A stretch of DNA of 61,723 nucleotides, the filler included, from Choristocarpus tenellus KU-1152 (Eukaryota > Protista > Phaeophyceae), in the NCBI GenBank assembly GCA_964200185.2. It is 9 parts of 9 records of this genome, joined end to end, with 100 filler letters (N's around TTAATTAATTAA, not from the genome) between each part and the next. Parts side by side here need not be neighbours in the genome. Positions count along the whole stretch, not along the records: positions 1 to 13,773 come from CAXNAD020001370.1; positions 13,874 to 17,779 come from CAXNAD020017220.1; positions 17,880 to 23,883 come from CAXNAD020009192.1; positions 23,984 to 37,651 come from CAXNAD020001412.1; 5 more parts are not named here. One strand, given 5' to 3'. Positions 13,014 to 26,698 of this stretch are shown here, piece by piece. The first letter of the stretch is position 1. The number at the start of each line of letters is the position of its first letter. Below the pieces are notes generated by a model. That model was not told the origin of the DNA and did not search any database. It saw only the letters and a list, made by a program, of their open reading frames with translations. The translations under genes were made by a program, and so were the position numbers.

Positions 13014-13403
13014 CTAGCCGTAGCCCAAACCCTAGCTCTAACAGTAGCCCTAGACCTAGCCGTAGCTCCAGCCCTGAGCTACAACTCTTCAATCGAAAGA
13101 AACCGCCGACAGTGCAGGGAAACTGAACGGATACTGATACCGATAACGATACCGATGTCGATACTGGTACTGGTACTGGTACTGGTACTGGTACTGGTAC
13201 TGGTACTGGTACTGCACAGAAGAATTGAAGACCATTAATGGTATCTTTGCCTGTATCTTTGCCTGTATCTTTGCCCGTATCTTTACCTGCATCTTTTCCT
13301 GTATCTTTGCCTATATCTTTGCCTATATCCTTACCCTCATATTTGCCTATATCTTTGCCTGTATCTTTGCTTGTATCTTTGCCTATATCTTTGCCTATAT
13401 CTT
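13014..13403. repeat. Cluster of simple repeats: degenerate CCCTAR hexamers, (TACTGG)n and a 12-bp gcctgtatcttt array
   Basis: Hexamer run at about 13163-13214 and about 13 copies of the 12-mer at about 13241-13403. These explain the low-complexity ORFs here. Confidence 0.9.
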
Positions 13404-13773
13404 CGCATATGTATACATTTATACGCTTATACGCACACGCGTGCATAGATAGGCACCATACATACAGCAAGATGTCGAGATATAAAGACACGGAGGCATC
13501 GGTGCATCAAGGTATAGAAAGGATACATGATATCAATATGTGACTTGAGGAGCAATATTCCTTGGGCGCTGTGGCATGGAGCGTTTGCCAGCGAATTTTG
13601 AAAATAAATAAAAATAAAATACATATATAAATATATATAGATATATAGATATATAGATACATATATTGTTTTTTTTAAGGGTACGCAAAACGTTTCTGTG
13701 GATTTATAGTTGTCTGTTGCATGGATGTTGTCAGGAACGGCCATACCACGCAGATCGCACCACATCCCATCTG

Positions 13774-13873
13774 NNNNNNNNNNNNNNNNNNNNNNNNNNN
13801 NNNNNNNNNNNNNNNNNTTAATTAATTAANNNNNNNNNNNNNNNNNNNNNNNNNNNNNNNNNNNNNNNNNNNN
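13774..13873. other. Artificial contig linker; also at 17780-17879, 23884-23983, 37652-37751, 44767-44866, 48548-48647, 54744-54843 and 58095-58194
   Basis: Identical 100-nt N spacers containing TTAATTAATTAA (stops in all six frames). Confidence 0.97.
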
Positions 13874-14927
13874 ACACCAAAAAGAGTGAAAAGCGGATGA
13901 CGACGACGCCCCCCCTCCCCCCCTCCCCCCCTCCCCCCAGATACTTTGACCCTCAACTCAAACTAATTTAAAATTACAAATATTTCTATTTGTTTTCAAG
14001 CACTTGATTTATTCGTTTTGTTGAACACGCACGGCGTGTGTTAACCCTATAACCCTATCCCTAACCCTAACAACTATAATATACTCTTCCAGTTACGGCA
14101 AAATATCCCTGTTCTACGTGAGTTTTCAGTTTTCATAGACAGCACAGTATGAGTAAGAAGAAAAAAGGTGACGGTATATGTGAGAATGGGTCTTACCGTT
14201 CGGGGGTTAAATGTCATACATTCATACCGCTCCTCCATCTATACTGTCAATTTCCGAGGTGTTGTAGGGCGAAAAAGTTTTGGATTTACTAAAACATATT
14301 TAATCAATCGGCAGTTGACCTTTAAAAAAAAAGTTCTTTTTTTTTAAGCACTGGCCTACTCTTGTAGTGGACATTCTGGAAATTTCTTGAGAGAAAAAGA
14401 CCTATGGGAGTGTAATAACAGGTAGTTGTTACTTTTCTATTTCTCATTTCAGAACTTTCTCTTCCGTTTTCCCAAGGTGTCCACGACGCGTACCTTTTTT
14501 GGAAAATAAAAATTTCCCCCGGAAGAGCTGGTGCCGAAATGCAAACAAGACTCTTTTTTTTCTGTTTTTTTTCTTATTTTATCGATGCCATTTTTTTCCC
14601 CCTTAGAGTAGGTTTTAAGGTATGAGAAAAGACTCGGAAGGTGTGATAACGAATTGTTTTAAATATGTATTTATTTTTTATTATTATTATTATTATTTAT
14701 TTGTCGCTGTACGCTCTCTAGAACAATAACCTCACGTCCTCACACGGGATGAGTCGGATAGGTGATCCACCAAGGAGATTTCCTCATGGAAAGTAGGCCA
14801 TTGTTGGACATTTCAATGCCAGCAGTCAGTCCACCAATCGCAACCCTAGTAGATGTCCAAATGTAAACGCCTTCTCCACGCTGCAGTCGATAAATCTGGT
14901 AAGATACAGATGAGAAATCCCGCCCAC

Positions 14928-15260
14928 AACAGGTAGTGTCTGTCCTAACCCTAAGCAGCCCTATCTACAAGTGCCATGTGTTTTAAGCTGGAGACACCAG
15001 GGAGATGGGCAAGGGGGGGCTTGTTTGATTCTTGGGATGCTTCCCTAGCTCCTCACCCTGGGGTGCAGGGCTAAGCTAGGTTGGAGGCACAGGAAGGCAG
15101 TGGTACAACACAGCTGGTAGTAAAATAGTAAATATATTAATGTCTTTTCACACTTACACCAACTGTTACTTTTTCAGGGGTTGTTACGACATTTGAATGG
15201 TTTTTCATTGGTGTTTCCCCTGACACGTCTGTAAAATAATAATAATAATATGTCAGAGGG
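14928..15260 (+). mobile_element. 3' end of the RLE LINE family (5'-truncated copy)
   Basis: Colinear with 38940-39270 (aagctggagacaccagggagatgggcaag ... gatgcttccctagctcctcacc ... ccctgacac). Confidence 0.8.
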
Positions 15261-15420
15261 CATAATAATGAAAATATAGCTGTCTGTATGTCTACAGTAG
15301 TACACCTTCATTCCTTTATTTTACTTAAGTAACCTCTTTTTTTGCGCAAAATTGTCTGGCTTACAATGTGAAGGACGAATCAGAGATTCCTGCCAAGTAG
15401 ATGCTGAGAAATCGGAGGAA

Positions 15421-15738
15421 GTTACTATTTTTACCGTCAGTTACTATTTTTACCGTCAGTTACTATTTTACCGTCAGTTACTATTTTTACCGTCAGTTAC
15501 TATTTTTACCGTCAGTTACTATTTTTACCATCAGTTACTATTTTTACCGTCAGTTACTATTTTACCGTCAGTTACTATTTTACCGTCAGTTACTATTTTT
15601 ACCGTCAGTTACTATTTTACCATCAGTTACTATTTTTACCGTCAGTTACTATTTTTACCGTCAGTTACTATTTTACCGTCAGTTACTATTTTTACCATCA
15701 GTTACTATTTTTACCGTCAGTTACTATTTTTACCGTCA
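15421..15738. repeat. Minisatellite, 17 copies of the 18/19-bp unit gttactatttt(t)accRtca
   Basis: Counted directly; there are no spacers between units. Confidence 0.97.
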
Positions 15739-16279
15739 ATATGACAAGATACACCGATATCGGTATGTGCTCAATTCTTCATTCCGTCATTGGTTTCTTT
15801 CAAAATAGTTGCCTAGTCATACCGTTACTACCAGTTTCTTTTTGAAGTAGTTGCTTGGTCATACTGTTATCAGTTTCCCTTGACATAGTTGCATAGTCAT
15901 ACCATTACCAGTTTCTTTTTATAGTATTTGCTTAGTCATTCCGTTCCGCTGATGCTGACAATTCTATATATTTGGTACAGTTTTATGAAGGGGCAAAAAC
16001 ATAAACACAAAGATTGTGAGAAAAGAGTATTTTTTACTTGTGACATTATTTATCTAAAATAAAATAAGTGTATTCATATATATATATATATATCATTTAT
16101 ATGTGGTGCCCCCTCCCCCAACCCCCCTTTGAGATCTCGCATTGCTATACAGTATGTAATACCACACAGGTGCTCTCAATACCCAACGAAACAATGATAA
16201 AAAATATATAAAATATAAATATGCAACACCAAGTACTCGCAACACGTTTTTTTTATGTATCCTTCACAACAACAACAAA

Positions 16280-17635
16280 AAATGGAAATACAATAATTAT
16301 ATCATTTTTTAAAGAATGGAAATACAATAATTATATCATTTTTTAAGAATGGAAATAGAATAATTATACCATTTTTTAAAGAATGGAAATACAATAATTA
16401 TATAATCTTCAAGAAAAAACAGATACATCCCTTTCTGGGCACTGGGCTTGGACGAAGGAGGCGTGGCCGGCGCACATGTCTTTCGCCGCAAACGCCTTGC
16501 AAACCGCCTGGACATCCCTGTTGAACTCCTCCCCACTCTGGCATGCCTCGTGGGCAACGATTGGATCGATCCTGGAGATCATTGTACCCGGTGAGGTTCT
16601 CCTCGTGGTTTTTCTTTTTCTTTTTTTTTCAAATCAGCATGGAAGTCAATGGAGAGCTCTGTGGAATAGATAGAAGTGTTTTTGACGTGTGTTTGTTTGT
16701 TTCCGTTGAATTTTATTATTTTTAAGTGTTCTAACTAGTGTATTGTTATTGTATTTTGTATTTTTTTTGCTCTGGGAAATAGAAGAAGTGTTTTTTATAT
16801 GTGTTTGTTTCCATTGAATTTATTATTTTTGAATGTTCTAAATAGTGTATTGTCATTGTATTTTTGTATTTGTTTCTCTGGGGAATAGAAGAAGTGTTTT
16901 TATGTGTGTTTTTATTTCCGTTGAATGTATGATTTTAAAATATTCTAACCAGTGTATTGTCATTATATTTGTATTTATTTCTATGGGGAATAGAAGAATT
17001 TTGTTTATGTGTGTTTTTGTTTCCGTTGAATGTATGGTTTTAAGATGTTCTAACTAGTGTATTCTATGTGTTGCAGTAATTGTGCAGTGTATTGTCATTG
17101 TAATGTCGGAGAATATTATTATTTATTATGAGATGCTGTTGTAGAATCGTCCTTATTTCTTCTGGCAGGGGGGTTTCTTCATTTCTAATAGCTGTAGTTT
17201 TTGTAGGATCTTTTCCCCTGATATTGTTCTTTTTTTTTATTATTATTATTATTATTACATTATAATACTACCACTGCCACTGCCTGGTACAGGATTTGGA
17301 TTTGACATACTAATATTTCAATTCACATCTTCCTGCCGTGTTTTGGTTTTTTAAAAAAAATCCAAAACTACTATCCTTCCGCTTTTCTTTTTTTTTTCAA
17401 AAAGGATTTAAATTTTACTTTTAATTTTTTTTTTATCTCACCGTTTTTGGTGCCCGTACTGCATCCTCTACCTGGAACATCCAGTGTACGCTATATTACA
17501 TATTACATTTTCTACTAGCAATACAACTAGTGTTTTCCTTATTGTATTACATGTTCTACTAGCAATACAACTAGTGTTTTCCTTATTGTATTACATGTTC
17601 TACTAGCAATACAACTAGTGTTTTCTTTATTGTTT
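16280..17635. repeat. Three further tandem arrays: ~34 bp x4 (16280-16405), ~105 bp x4 (16657-17065), 44 bp x~3 (17511-17635)
   Basis: Units aatggaaatacaataattatatcatttttt, ctctgggaaatagaagaagtg...tagtgtattgt and tctactagcaatacaactagtgttttccttattgtattacatgt are seen repeated. Confidence 0.88.
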
Positions 17636-18312
17636 ATTCGTGTTGGTTTGTTTGACTCATGCATGCTACACAAACAGAGCTGTGGGAATGTGGTGTCGGG
17701 AATTGTGTACCCCTCACCACGGCATGCTAAATTCGGAACTGTTTTCTGTCTATCGTTGCCCCCTGCTCACCCCCCTTCGNNNNNNNNNNNNNNNNNNNNN
17801 NNNNNNNNNNNNNNNNNNNNNNNTTAATTAATTAANNNNNNNNNNNNNNNNNNNNNNNNNNNNNNNNNNNNNNNNNNNNTGGGATACACCCCTGCATGCC
17901 CAAGGCAAAAGCTGTTATAGGGAAGGGGGGAAGGGTTATGTCATTCGAAATTTCGGATCAACCATTTCATGTCGGTGAAGTAAAAATGTGCTTCTGAATG
18001 CCTTTTTCGGACTGCGATGCACTCAACACCTGTTGACCTCGTAACATGTGTGGTATACATAATAACGGAATGGGTCAAGGCATGACTTTGCACGCCAAAT
18101 GCTAAATATTACGACTTAGGTCGCGCTTGGAGTTGTGAATCGCACAACAATATGCATGGTCCAAGGTGTTCGAGATATGCGCGTGGTGGATGGTCCTGAC
18201 CAGTGTGCAACACAAGTCCTATGTTTTACTCACAAGGGCGATCTGGTAGAGTCCTAAATTATTTCCTTCACTCCTTCTTTCTCCCTGAATTGTTCTCTTC
18301 TCGCCACCTCAC

Positions 18313-18502
18313 CTTTCCAGAAGAGCAGATAGGAATCGTTCCCTCGCTTTTGTATCTGTGATGCAGCCTCGTCCACGGCATGTTGATAAAGTCTCACTCT
18401 CAGGTAGTAGTTGATCAGACTCTTGTAGGAAGTAGTGGGCAATCCTCCCCCCCCTGTGTTCCCTGGTCCAGTCTCAGAAGCACTCCTTCTTCCACCGTAC
18501 AT
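18313..18502 (-). CDS. IFT139: First exon of IFT139/TTC21B-like intraflagellar transport protein (rest not in this contig)
   Basis: YKSLINYYLRVRLYQHAVDEAASQIQKRGNDSYLLFWK resembles the TTC21 N-terminus (K.LINYY...Y..H........K.G.D....F). Donor AAG|GTGAG after 18313. Confidence 0.72.
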
Positions 18503-18868
18503 CTTTGATGCCAACTACGATGGATGACACTATAATGGATCGGATTGTGATGGATGTAAGATCGACATGGCGTGAAACTGCCACACACAGAACGCAACAT
18601 CGCAGAAATTAATAAACAACCAGCATCAAATCAAGTCATTTCATAAATAATACACCAGACTTAACAAATTACAAAATAGATCTCACCAAAAAGATAGAAA
18701 TGTAGAATTGCGTAGACGACCTCTAGAAGTAGAACATGAATAAATATTAACCTACAGATACTGTCGTCGTCAGGGACATGTGTTACTTGGAATCTTCGAC
18801 ACGTTGATATGACACATGCAATCAGTGAATTTCATTACGCGCGCACCTTCTTGGATTGAGGCATGTCA

Positions 18869-19050
18869 GACCCAAAGTATCTGGTGGGGGAAGAGGGGTT
18901 CTACACCAGCGTGTCCATTTTGGTCTTAACCAGGAAAAGTGCACTTACATTTATCCATCCGACGTATGCAACCAATTCACCCAAAAATCGCGACATGAAA
19001 AAATTGGCCCTAAATGGACACTTGCCACCCCCCCCCAGATACTTTGAGCC
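18869..19050 (+). mobile_element. MITE family B
   Basis: Homologous to 8111-8295 with both TIRs. Confidence 0.88.
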
Positions 19051-20541
19051 TCGACATCATGCGATGGGGGTCAGACGCACAAACAGCTCGGGAACCTATA
19101 CATGAATCAGATCATTCAAATCTGCAAATCCAGGATTATATTTTCTATTCTGACTGCTCGCAACCAATCATTGATCAACATATTTCGCTGAGGCTCTCAA
19201 TCTGCGGCCAGGATGCCTCGGCCCCACCTATTACTTCTTTTCTGAACCTTTCTTTGGCGGTCCTTATCACCCCCCATCGCACAGAACTTGGTCATAAACA
19301 CTAAACAAAATTGTGTGCCTCAAAATAATGTACCTTTTGTCAATGAACTATTAATAGGTGCAAATTATTCTGTCACTACAATAAGAAAGAACCTGCCTAG
19401 TAGTTGTAGAACCATATTACTAAGAATTACTATATGACACCATTGACAGCAAGAAATTTGTGAACAGGCGTAGCAAGCAACCAGTCTCAGAAGCTAATTT
19501 TCTAGGTCCTGAAAAATATTTATCATTTCAATGTGTGTGACCGACTGTATCACGCTAGCATAGTCTTAACAGTACGTTCTTAGAGGTGATACTTGCATAC
19601 AGTGAAGATTAGTAAACTCACCAAAAAAACTGTGTACTATAGAGAGATGAGGTCGCATTATAGACATGGATGCCAATTGTCTAATCAAGTTGTATTCACC
19701 TATCAGATTGTATTGACTATTGTATGGAAGGCCTCTCCGTTTTGAGCCACATTAGGCTGGTTATGTTTGACGAATTGCTGCCATTGGAACTTTATGGAGA
19801 CACCACCCCCCACTCTGATTCTTCCTATATGCGAGAATATCATTTTTGCTTTAGACACATCTTGATGGTTCGTAGCGTAATTTACATTCAGATATACACA
19901 TTATCGCTAATATTGTCTTCTGGTGGTGCAAATATTTTCTAAGTAGTCTTGTATCATATTATGATGATGCCCACCGACATTTTGTAAATTCATGTTCACA
20001 AAGAAACATTGTTCTGTTATTGCTTCAAAGTTATTGCATGTTTCATTCTGTTATGTGGTGTATAGAACCTACTCTAGAGCAAACACAGTGCATCCAACCG
20101 AGATGAACAGCTGAATATTATTGTATGGACAACATACACCATGCCGTTCCCATCCTAAGTTTGTTCTGTTTTTACAAAGTATTATTCATAGTAAAAATAT
20201 GTAACACCATGGCAGAGTGTGGAAACCCGAGCAAACAAAACTAGAAATATAACCCCACTTCGTAGCACGAGATGATCATGACATGCATGAGTGCTACGTA
20301 TGCCGGACAATCAATATCATACATCCACCATGAACACCTAGAAAATGGACGATGCCCAAGGTAGGATGATCAACCACCGGCATGATGAGGTTATTTTTTG
20401 TACAGAAGGAGCAACCCTGTACCTGGATATACAGCAGAAAAGTTCATTAATACTAATGTTGTGGGACAATGTTAGGTAAAGGTAATAATGAGCCCACTCC
20501 AAAGGCAAGGGTTCGCTACATTTTCCTCCCAACCCAACTCT

Positions 20542-20797
20542 GAGCCAATTTATAGAAGATGTACTCAGGGTTGCATTTTGAGGATGCTGACATGTAATGT
20601 GCAAAATTAGACTTCTGGTACAAAAGCGATGAGAAATTTTCTGAGTTTTGTCGAAAACTCTCAGATAATATAGAAATCAGCACTCTCGAGTCAATGTTAA
20701 AATCCTTCATAGAAATACGATCAAATTGCAAAATAGAAAAAAGTGGCATCAAATGTAGAACAGCCAAAACCTGTGTACCTCTCGTTTTCTTTGGCTC
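20542..20797. mobile_element. MITE family C (degenerate)
   Basis: Ends gagccaatttatagaagatgtac / gtacctctcgttttctttggctc, similar to 59459-59718. Confidence 0.65.
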
Positions 20798-22115
20798 TCT
20801 ATTTTACATATATTTTTCACAATGATCAACCCACATCAGAAGAAGCTGGCCTTGCTTCCCCCCTGACAGCATCATTTACCTGGAAAAAATTGTTGGGCAT
20901 ATAAGAGTACTTGCGATATTGTCTAGTACTACTTGAAAAAATTACTTGTAATTTCACCTAAGATTTGGATAGAGAATCACTACTTCCAAATTATCCGTCG
21001 GACTCATTGGAACAGTGTTTCAAGCAAAACTGGAAAACAGAAAACAGAATCTCCACAACCAATGGGAACAACCTGCTCCATTGTATTTACTGTATTGCAT
21101 TATGTCCTCATATTCTAGCATCAGTTATTCATGAACATAGTGGAGATACCTATGAGACATTGGAATTGCCGAGCAACTATTGTACACAATTTTCATTCTA
21201 CTAGACGATCTCTGCTCTTGTCCTCAGCCTAAATATCCCACAACTTGGTGGTGCTTTTCGTCTTTTCAGCTCCGGGTGGCGTGCCTCCAATCAAGGGGTG
21301 TTGCTCTGAAAGAACCGGTGTCAATACTGGCCCATGAAAACCAAGTACTGCTATGTTGTGCAGCATATGCAGAGATTCTGTCCCAACACGGTTCATTTAA
21401 GTAAATCTGCCTCATTTAAGAATATTTGGCACAAGCATCAAGTATGTGGCTCTCTCCACTGACCTCTTATCGAAGTTGACACATAAACGCACAAATTATT
21501 CAACACAAAACACAGAAACATAGAAAAAACAAGATACACCCATCAACACTCATCAAAATCCACTTCAAGGGCTCCAAAGGTTTAACGTAGGTTGAATACC
21601 AATGAGCACAGCTGCCAACACTCCAAACATTTAATTAAAAGCAAGCCCCAAAAGGGTAAAGGTGCGGGGAAAATTACATCCCACGAAAAAGACACCATAA
21701 ACATTCCTTTAACCCACGTGGAATTGGGACACTCCGTGTGTCATTCAAGACCACTTACAGTCCAAGAGGTACACATACAAGCCCAGTCTGCTGCTGGTCT
21801 GCAACGGAAAACTGATGACACAGTATATGAACACCAAAGGGCCTCCACCCATGTACAAATGAGTGGGATGGGGCACGCTTGTGAAGTGTCAAAGACTCTA
21901 CATGGTCCAACTCGGGGGAAGTTCTGCTTGACACCTTCCCTTCAAAACCAAGCCCCCGCTCATGTTTATACACACAAGCCTTGTCACGTGTAGACAACGC
22001 AGCACCCTACAATATACCACTCCGTGCTTATGACTTACTGTCATCATTTGCACTACACTGTACCAATAAAAAAATGTCACACAGCACCTGCACTCCACCA
22101 TTGCCATCAGCAATG

Positions 22116-23883
22116 TTACACACCCCCTCCAAGCATTTGTTCAACTGCTGCATTGACGTTCCCCCTTGTTCGTACCAATGCTCGGATGCACGCCTGCCTG
22201 TCGGTGAAACCCATATCACTCATCTGTGTGATCTGGCTTGCGTAAGTCTCTTCCGGGTTCACAGCTGCGGGTTGTGGAACAGGTGCCACTCCAGAGGTTG
22301 ACTGCCCGGGGACTGTTCCTGGTGTCCCCGATCCCCCCCCCCCAAGGAGCGCAGAGAAGTCAAGCCCACCAGTGGGTGCAGCTGGAGGGGCTGAGGTGGA
22401 GGAACATGTCATCCAGGTGGGGCAAGGGGGGAATGGAGAGGAAAGTTGAGTGATGGATGTACTTTTCAAGTCTTGATGGAAATGTGCACAGAATCACATG
22501 AGAATGCTGATTCAGGACAGGTGCACTGAATCATCATCCACAGTCCTGGAGGCCAAGTTCAGAATCTTGAGAGATCTAAAGATTCAGTGCATGCAGACAC
22601 AAACTGTTTCTGTTTTTTCTTCTCACCACCACCAAGGTTGAGGTTAGCAAAGTCTCCCAGTCCGGCCATCCCTGGAGCACCAACCCCACCCATTCCTCCT
22701 GTTCCAGCAGCAGGTATGAGTCCAGAACGCTGCAACTGCTGCATTGCAGATTGCATGTTCATTATTGCCTGCATGTTCTGTGGGTCTGCCATCTGACGCA
22801 TCAGGGTGGGAAGCTGTTCACGCATACCTGGGTTAGCCTAGGAATACAAAAAGGGAACAGGGACGGGGGTGGGGGATGTGGTGCAAAATCAACGCAAAAA
22901 CATAAAAATAATGTTGAGATCGGTGGGATAGCAAAAGAACAGGATTTGCATCAGGTAAATAAATAACTTCAAAATGCACAGTATTGCCAAACCTTAAAAC
23001 TCCTACCATTGCCATGAAGTACTCACATCCAATCACCATAGGTTAGTTACATCGTCATTGGTTTGTACTTTTTTCAGGGTCAAAAATACTGTACCACACA
23101 CAGACTAACCACAACCTCATTACTATTTTTTACACTGATGTTTCAACCTAGCCAAAGAGCAAAGTCCTTCAACCTCTTGGAATAATAAAATGTTCACGTG
23201 CATGAGCTGCTCAAAAAATGTGAAGGGGATATGAGAAGCAACGCACCTCCACCGCCTGTCGCAACATAGGGTTGTTCTGGATCATCCCCTCCAACATTGC
23301 TGGATCCTGTGCCATATGCTCCACCATCTAAATGAATAACATTCCAATCCAGTGAGGCATAGAGAATACAAAAAGTTACGAGGTCATGAAAGGGTACAAT
23401 AAATAAGGAGGTAGGGATTACATCATGAGTTAGTTCCTTGGTCTTCCACCTAAGACAAGACAACCTACAGAGGTAAGTAGAAGATAGAAGCAGGTTGCAT
23501 GTAAAAACAAAGGGATCTGCACTAATAACATCTTGCAGACACGTGTTGAGGTGTGATTCACTGTGGAAAGCACACTAGGCTTGAAATGTTGTGCACCTGC
23601 AACAGCAATGTATAATATTGAGGGAACACAAACTCATACCCACCACACTCATACCAGTCATGTTCTCTTGAAATATAGGGCGTTGCTTAGCTGATAGTAA
23701 AGGTACATCTCTTTTCTATAACTATCGATGTTGGTGCTCATATATCCACTACTTCTCTACAAATCACAAAATGAGGTATCATGGTCTCAACACACCTGTT
23801 GCACCATAGGGTTGTTCATCATCTGTGTCATCATTGCAGGGTCCATTTGCCCTCCCATTCCCATACCCGGCATTCCCCCACCC
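22116..23883 (-). CDS. DSK2: Ubiquilin/DSK2, 3' part; exons >23883-23796, 23327-23247, 22837-22627, 22390-22116
   Basis: GT-AG exons join in frame: STI1 repeats (MMNNPMVQQ|MVEHMAQDPAMLEGMIQNNPMLRQAVE|ANPGMREQ) and a C-terminal UBA domain (PEETYASQITQMSDMGFTDRQACIRALVRTRGNVNAAVEQML). Confidence 0.93.
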
Positions 23884-25133
23884 NNNNNNNNNNNNNNNNN
23901 NNNNNNNNNNNNNNNNNNNNNNNNNNNTTAATTAATTAANNNNNNNNNNNNNNNNNNNNNNNNNNNNNNNNNNNNNNNNNNNNATCTCGCCGGGTTTATC
24001 ACCTTTATCCTCTTTGATGATTTTGGGGATACCTTTACAGGTCTCTCTCTATGATCTCGATGCAAAAGAGCACAGATTGCCTCACTGTGTGCACTAGGTC
24101 ACGTCAATGACCCACACTCGAGATCATGGCTTCAGTGTCGCTCTCAATGACCTTGGAGCTATACAAAAGAGTGAGGCCGGCTTACTGTGTATCACATTGT
24201 GTCAATGGCATGTGCTCCAGACCATGACTTCAGGGTCTCCCTCTGATAACGGGAAGCCCTCTAGATTACGAATGTGGTCGCTGTCAGCACTACTGTTGTG
24301 CGTTCCATGTGTCCCGAGTTTATGTAAAGCGCATTCCACATTTTTTGCAAAGTCTTGTCGTCCATTGGTGCTCTCACAGCTTATTCGCGCTCTCCTGGTT
24401 TGCAATCCCCACTGTTGTGTGCGGAAGTAACCAGGATTTGATCACTCCCTACTCAGACGTAGACTTGCGCTGTTAGCCTTCTAGAAGGATGGGGGGCTAA
24501 GGAAAGACAAGATGTGCTTTCTTTGTCACCCGTAGGTACCCTTGTCAAGAAGGTGTGATACTAGGAGAAAGGAGAGGTGACAGGATACTCGGGCTGAGTA
24601 ACTTGAGAATTAGACTGAAGAATGGTGGGGCAAGTAAACATTTCCAGTCTTCGAGAGCAGTAAACAAGAGCAAACTGGGGGTGGCAAAGGGGAGGGGGAG
24701 ATTGCTACATATGGATGAGTGGGTCACGGTACCCTACTGGATCTGGTTCCAACAAGGAGTCTTGCTGTGATACACCGTGTACTTCTATGTGATTGTGAGA
24801 CATATTTTGTGTGCATATTTATTTGCATCATATTTTTGACAGAGGAAGTCTTTGTACGACAGCACACTTTTTCTGTGCTCAGCCAGTACTAGGAATCCAC
24901 AAGGAGAACAGTAGAATCACCCTGTGCCTGAGTGATAGTTGCGGTGGCGATGCAAGAGACAAGTCATGGATAGTGTACAGCAGAAAGGGAAAGGGTGAAG
25001 GCACGCCTGCAACATAATTTTGTCCATTAAGACAAGTAGCAATTTCAAGGTGCGCCATGCATACTGGAGATTCTTGGTGCACAAAATATCGAGAAAACTG
25101 AGTAAAAAAATATATATCTCTATTCAAAGGTGT

Positions 25134-25395
25134 GAGCGAACGAAAAAAAAGGTAACCAGTTCTTGCCCGTTTTGCATTTGAAGCCAGTTTTTCAATCTTT
25201 TGCAATTCACCCATACAGTATTTCTATGGATGAAGTGCTAAGTTTGACTTGAAAGGGTTTGTCTTTTGTTTGAAAGATTTCGACATAATTCGGTAAATAT
25301 CCTATACACAATTTTCTCACAAAAAGTCGAATTTTGCACTTATTTTCCGATATTCTTAAAATTCAACTGTGGGTACCTCTCGCTTACGTTGACTG
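25134..25395. mobile_element. MITE family C (degenerate)
   Basis: End gggtacctctcgcttacgttgact and internal ggatgaagtgctaa shared with 40033-40292. Confidence 0.65.
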
Positions 25396-26698
25396 TAATA
25401 TTATTCTTGTGCAAAGAGTTGATGTCTCCTTAGATTGTTAACTCAACAGTTAAAGCAGTCTATGAAACTCTCGAGAACTTGGACAATCTCTGCTCGTGAC
25501 ATGAAAATCCAAAGAGATTTGTGACTATATAATAAAGTTGAGGGAGTTTGCTCCTCAGAGTGGTCTCCACTAAAGTGTGAAAACCCATGCTTTAATGAAT
25601 AATAAAATGTTACAAGAAAAAGTAAACGTGCATAAGAAACCTACAGCACACACATCAAAAGCTGCAAATGACCACTAGTCACTGGGAGCGATTCAAAATA
25701 TATTCGTTCTAAATATTTTTTTGACCATTGAGTCAAATTCGTCTGGTCTATATGCTCCAGTGTATCATATACTACCATTTGCCTTGAAGGGCCACGACCC
25801 AGACGGAGAGCCTTGTTTTGCTGCACGGTTGCTGGACCCACATCTCTCCTAGATGTATCCACACAAAATATACATGCAAAATGCACTCTGCACACAAGAG
25901 AGTGACTGATTTAGCGATTTTAAACTCCTGCTTGCTTCTAAACAGTATGAGTAGTATGTACATGCTGTGCCCTTCTACTGTTTGGATTTGCGAATTATTG
26001 CAGATCGAGGGCCAAGCATACAACATACCAGAAAGCAAGAAAAAGTGGATAAACGCATCAGAATATACATGTGTGTTACACATGCTGACAACGGAAAAAA
26101 ACACAACAAATCGCGCTGTACTCTTGGTTGCAAACATTTACTCAAGCGTTGTAATTTCATTCAAAAAACAGAAAAAAAACGAACACCATTGGTTATTGGC
26201 AACAAAAAGTCAAAAGGGTGCAACAACAAAAGGTCTAGTCAACCATGCACTCCCAAATGCATCATTGCAAACAGCTGGCCAGGCAGAAACAATATTTGAC
26301 ACATGGAAACGTATGTGAGTTTATCCAGTGTAAGTTCCATAAACATGTGGGGAGCTACTTACCAGTATATTTCAAATGGGAATTAAACATATAGATAGTA
26401 GTAACATAACTGCAACATGACATATCGTGTCACAACAATAGTACAGACATTAGAACCATCTATGCATAGGAGAATGACATATTGCCAACACTCATATGTA
26501 TTACAGACAGGAAAGACACCTATTTGCCCACCTGATACACTGGGTGTAAGTACGTACAATGCAACAAGAGGACACACCAATATATAGTACACACAGCAGT
26601 TTAATACCCAGGCACACATGGTTGAGTACACGTGCCTACATGTGTGCCTTTCCTATGAAAGGCAAGAACCTTCTCTTGTGATTATGGTAGTCCAACAA

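Noticed and set aside
12988-13543. Low-complexity ORFs (GKDT, PV, QY repeats)
   Set aside because: Translations of simple repeats that are open in several frames.
13774-13873. Recurrent TTAATTAATTAA motif
   Set aside because: Artificial linker inside N runs; gene neighbourhoods across it carry no meaning.
15421-15738. Possible CRISPR array or repeat-protein ORFs (15352-15808)
   Set aside because: Units are contiguous with no unique spacers and no cas genes; the ORFs are by-products of the minisatellite.
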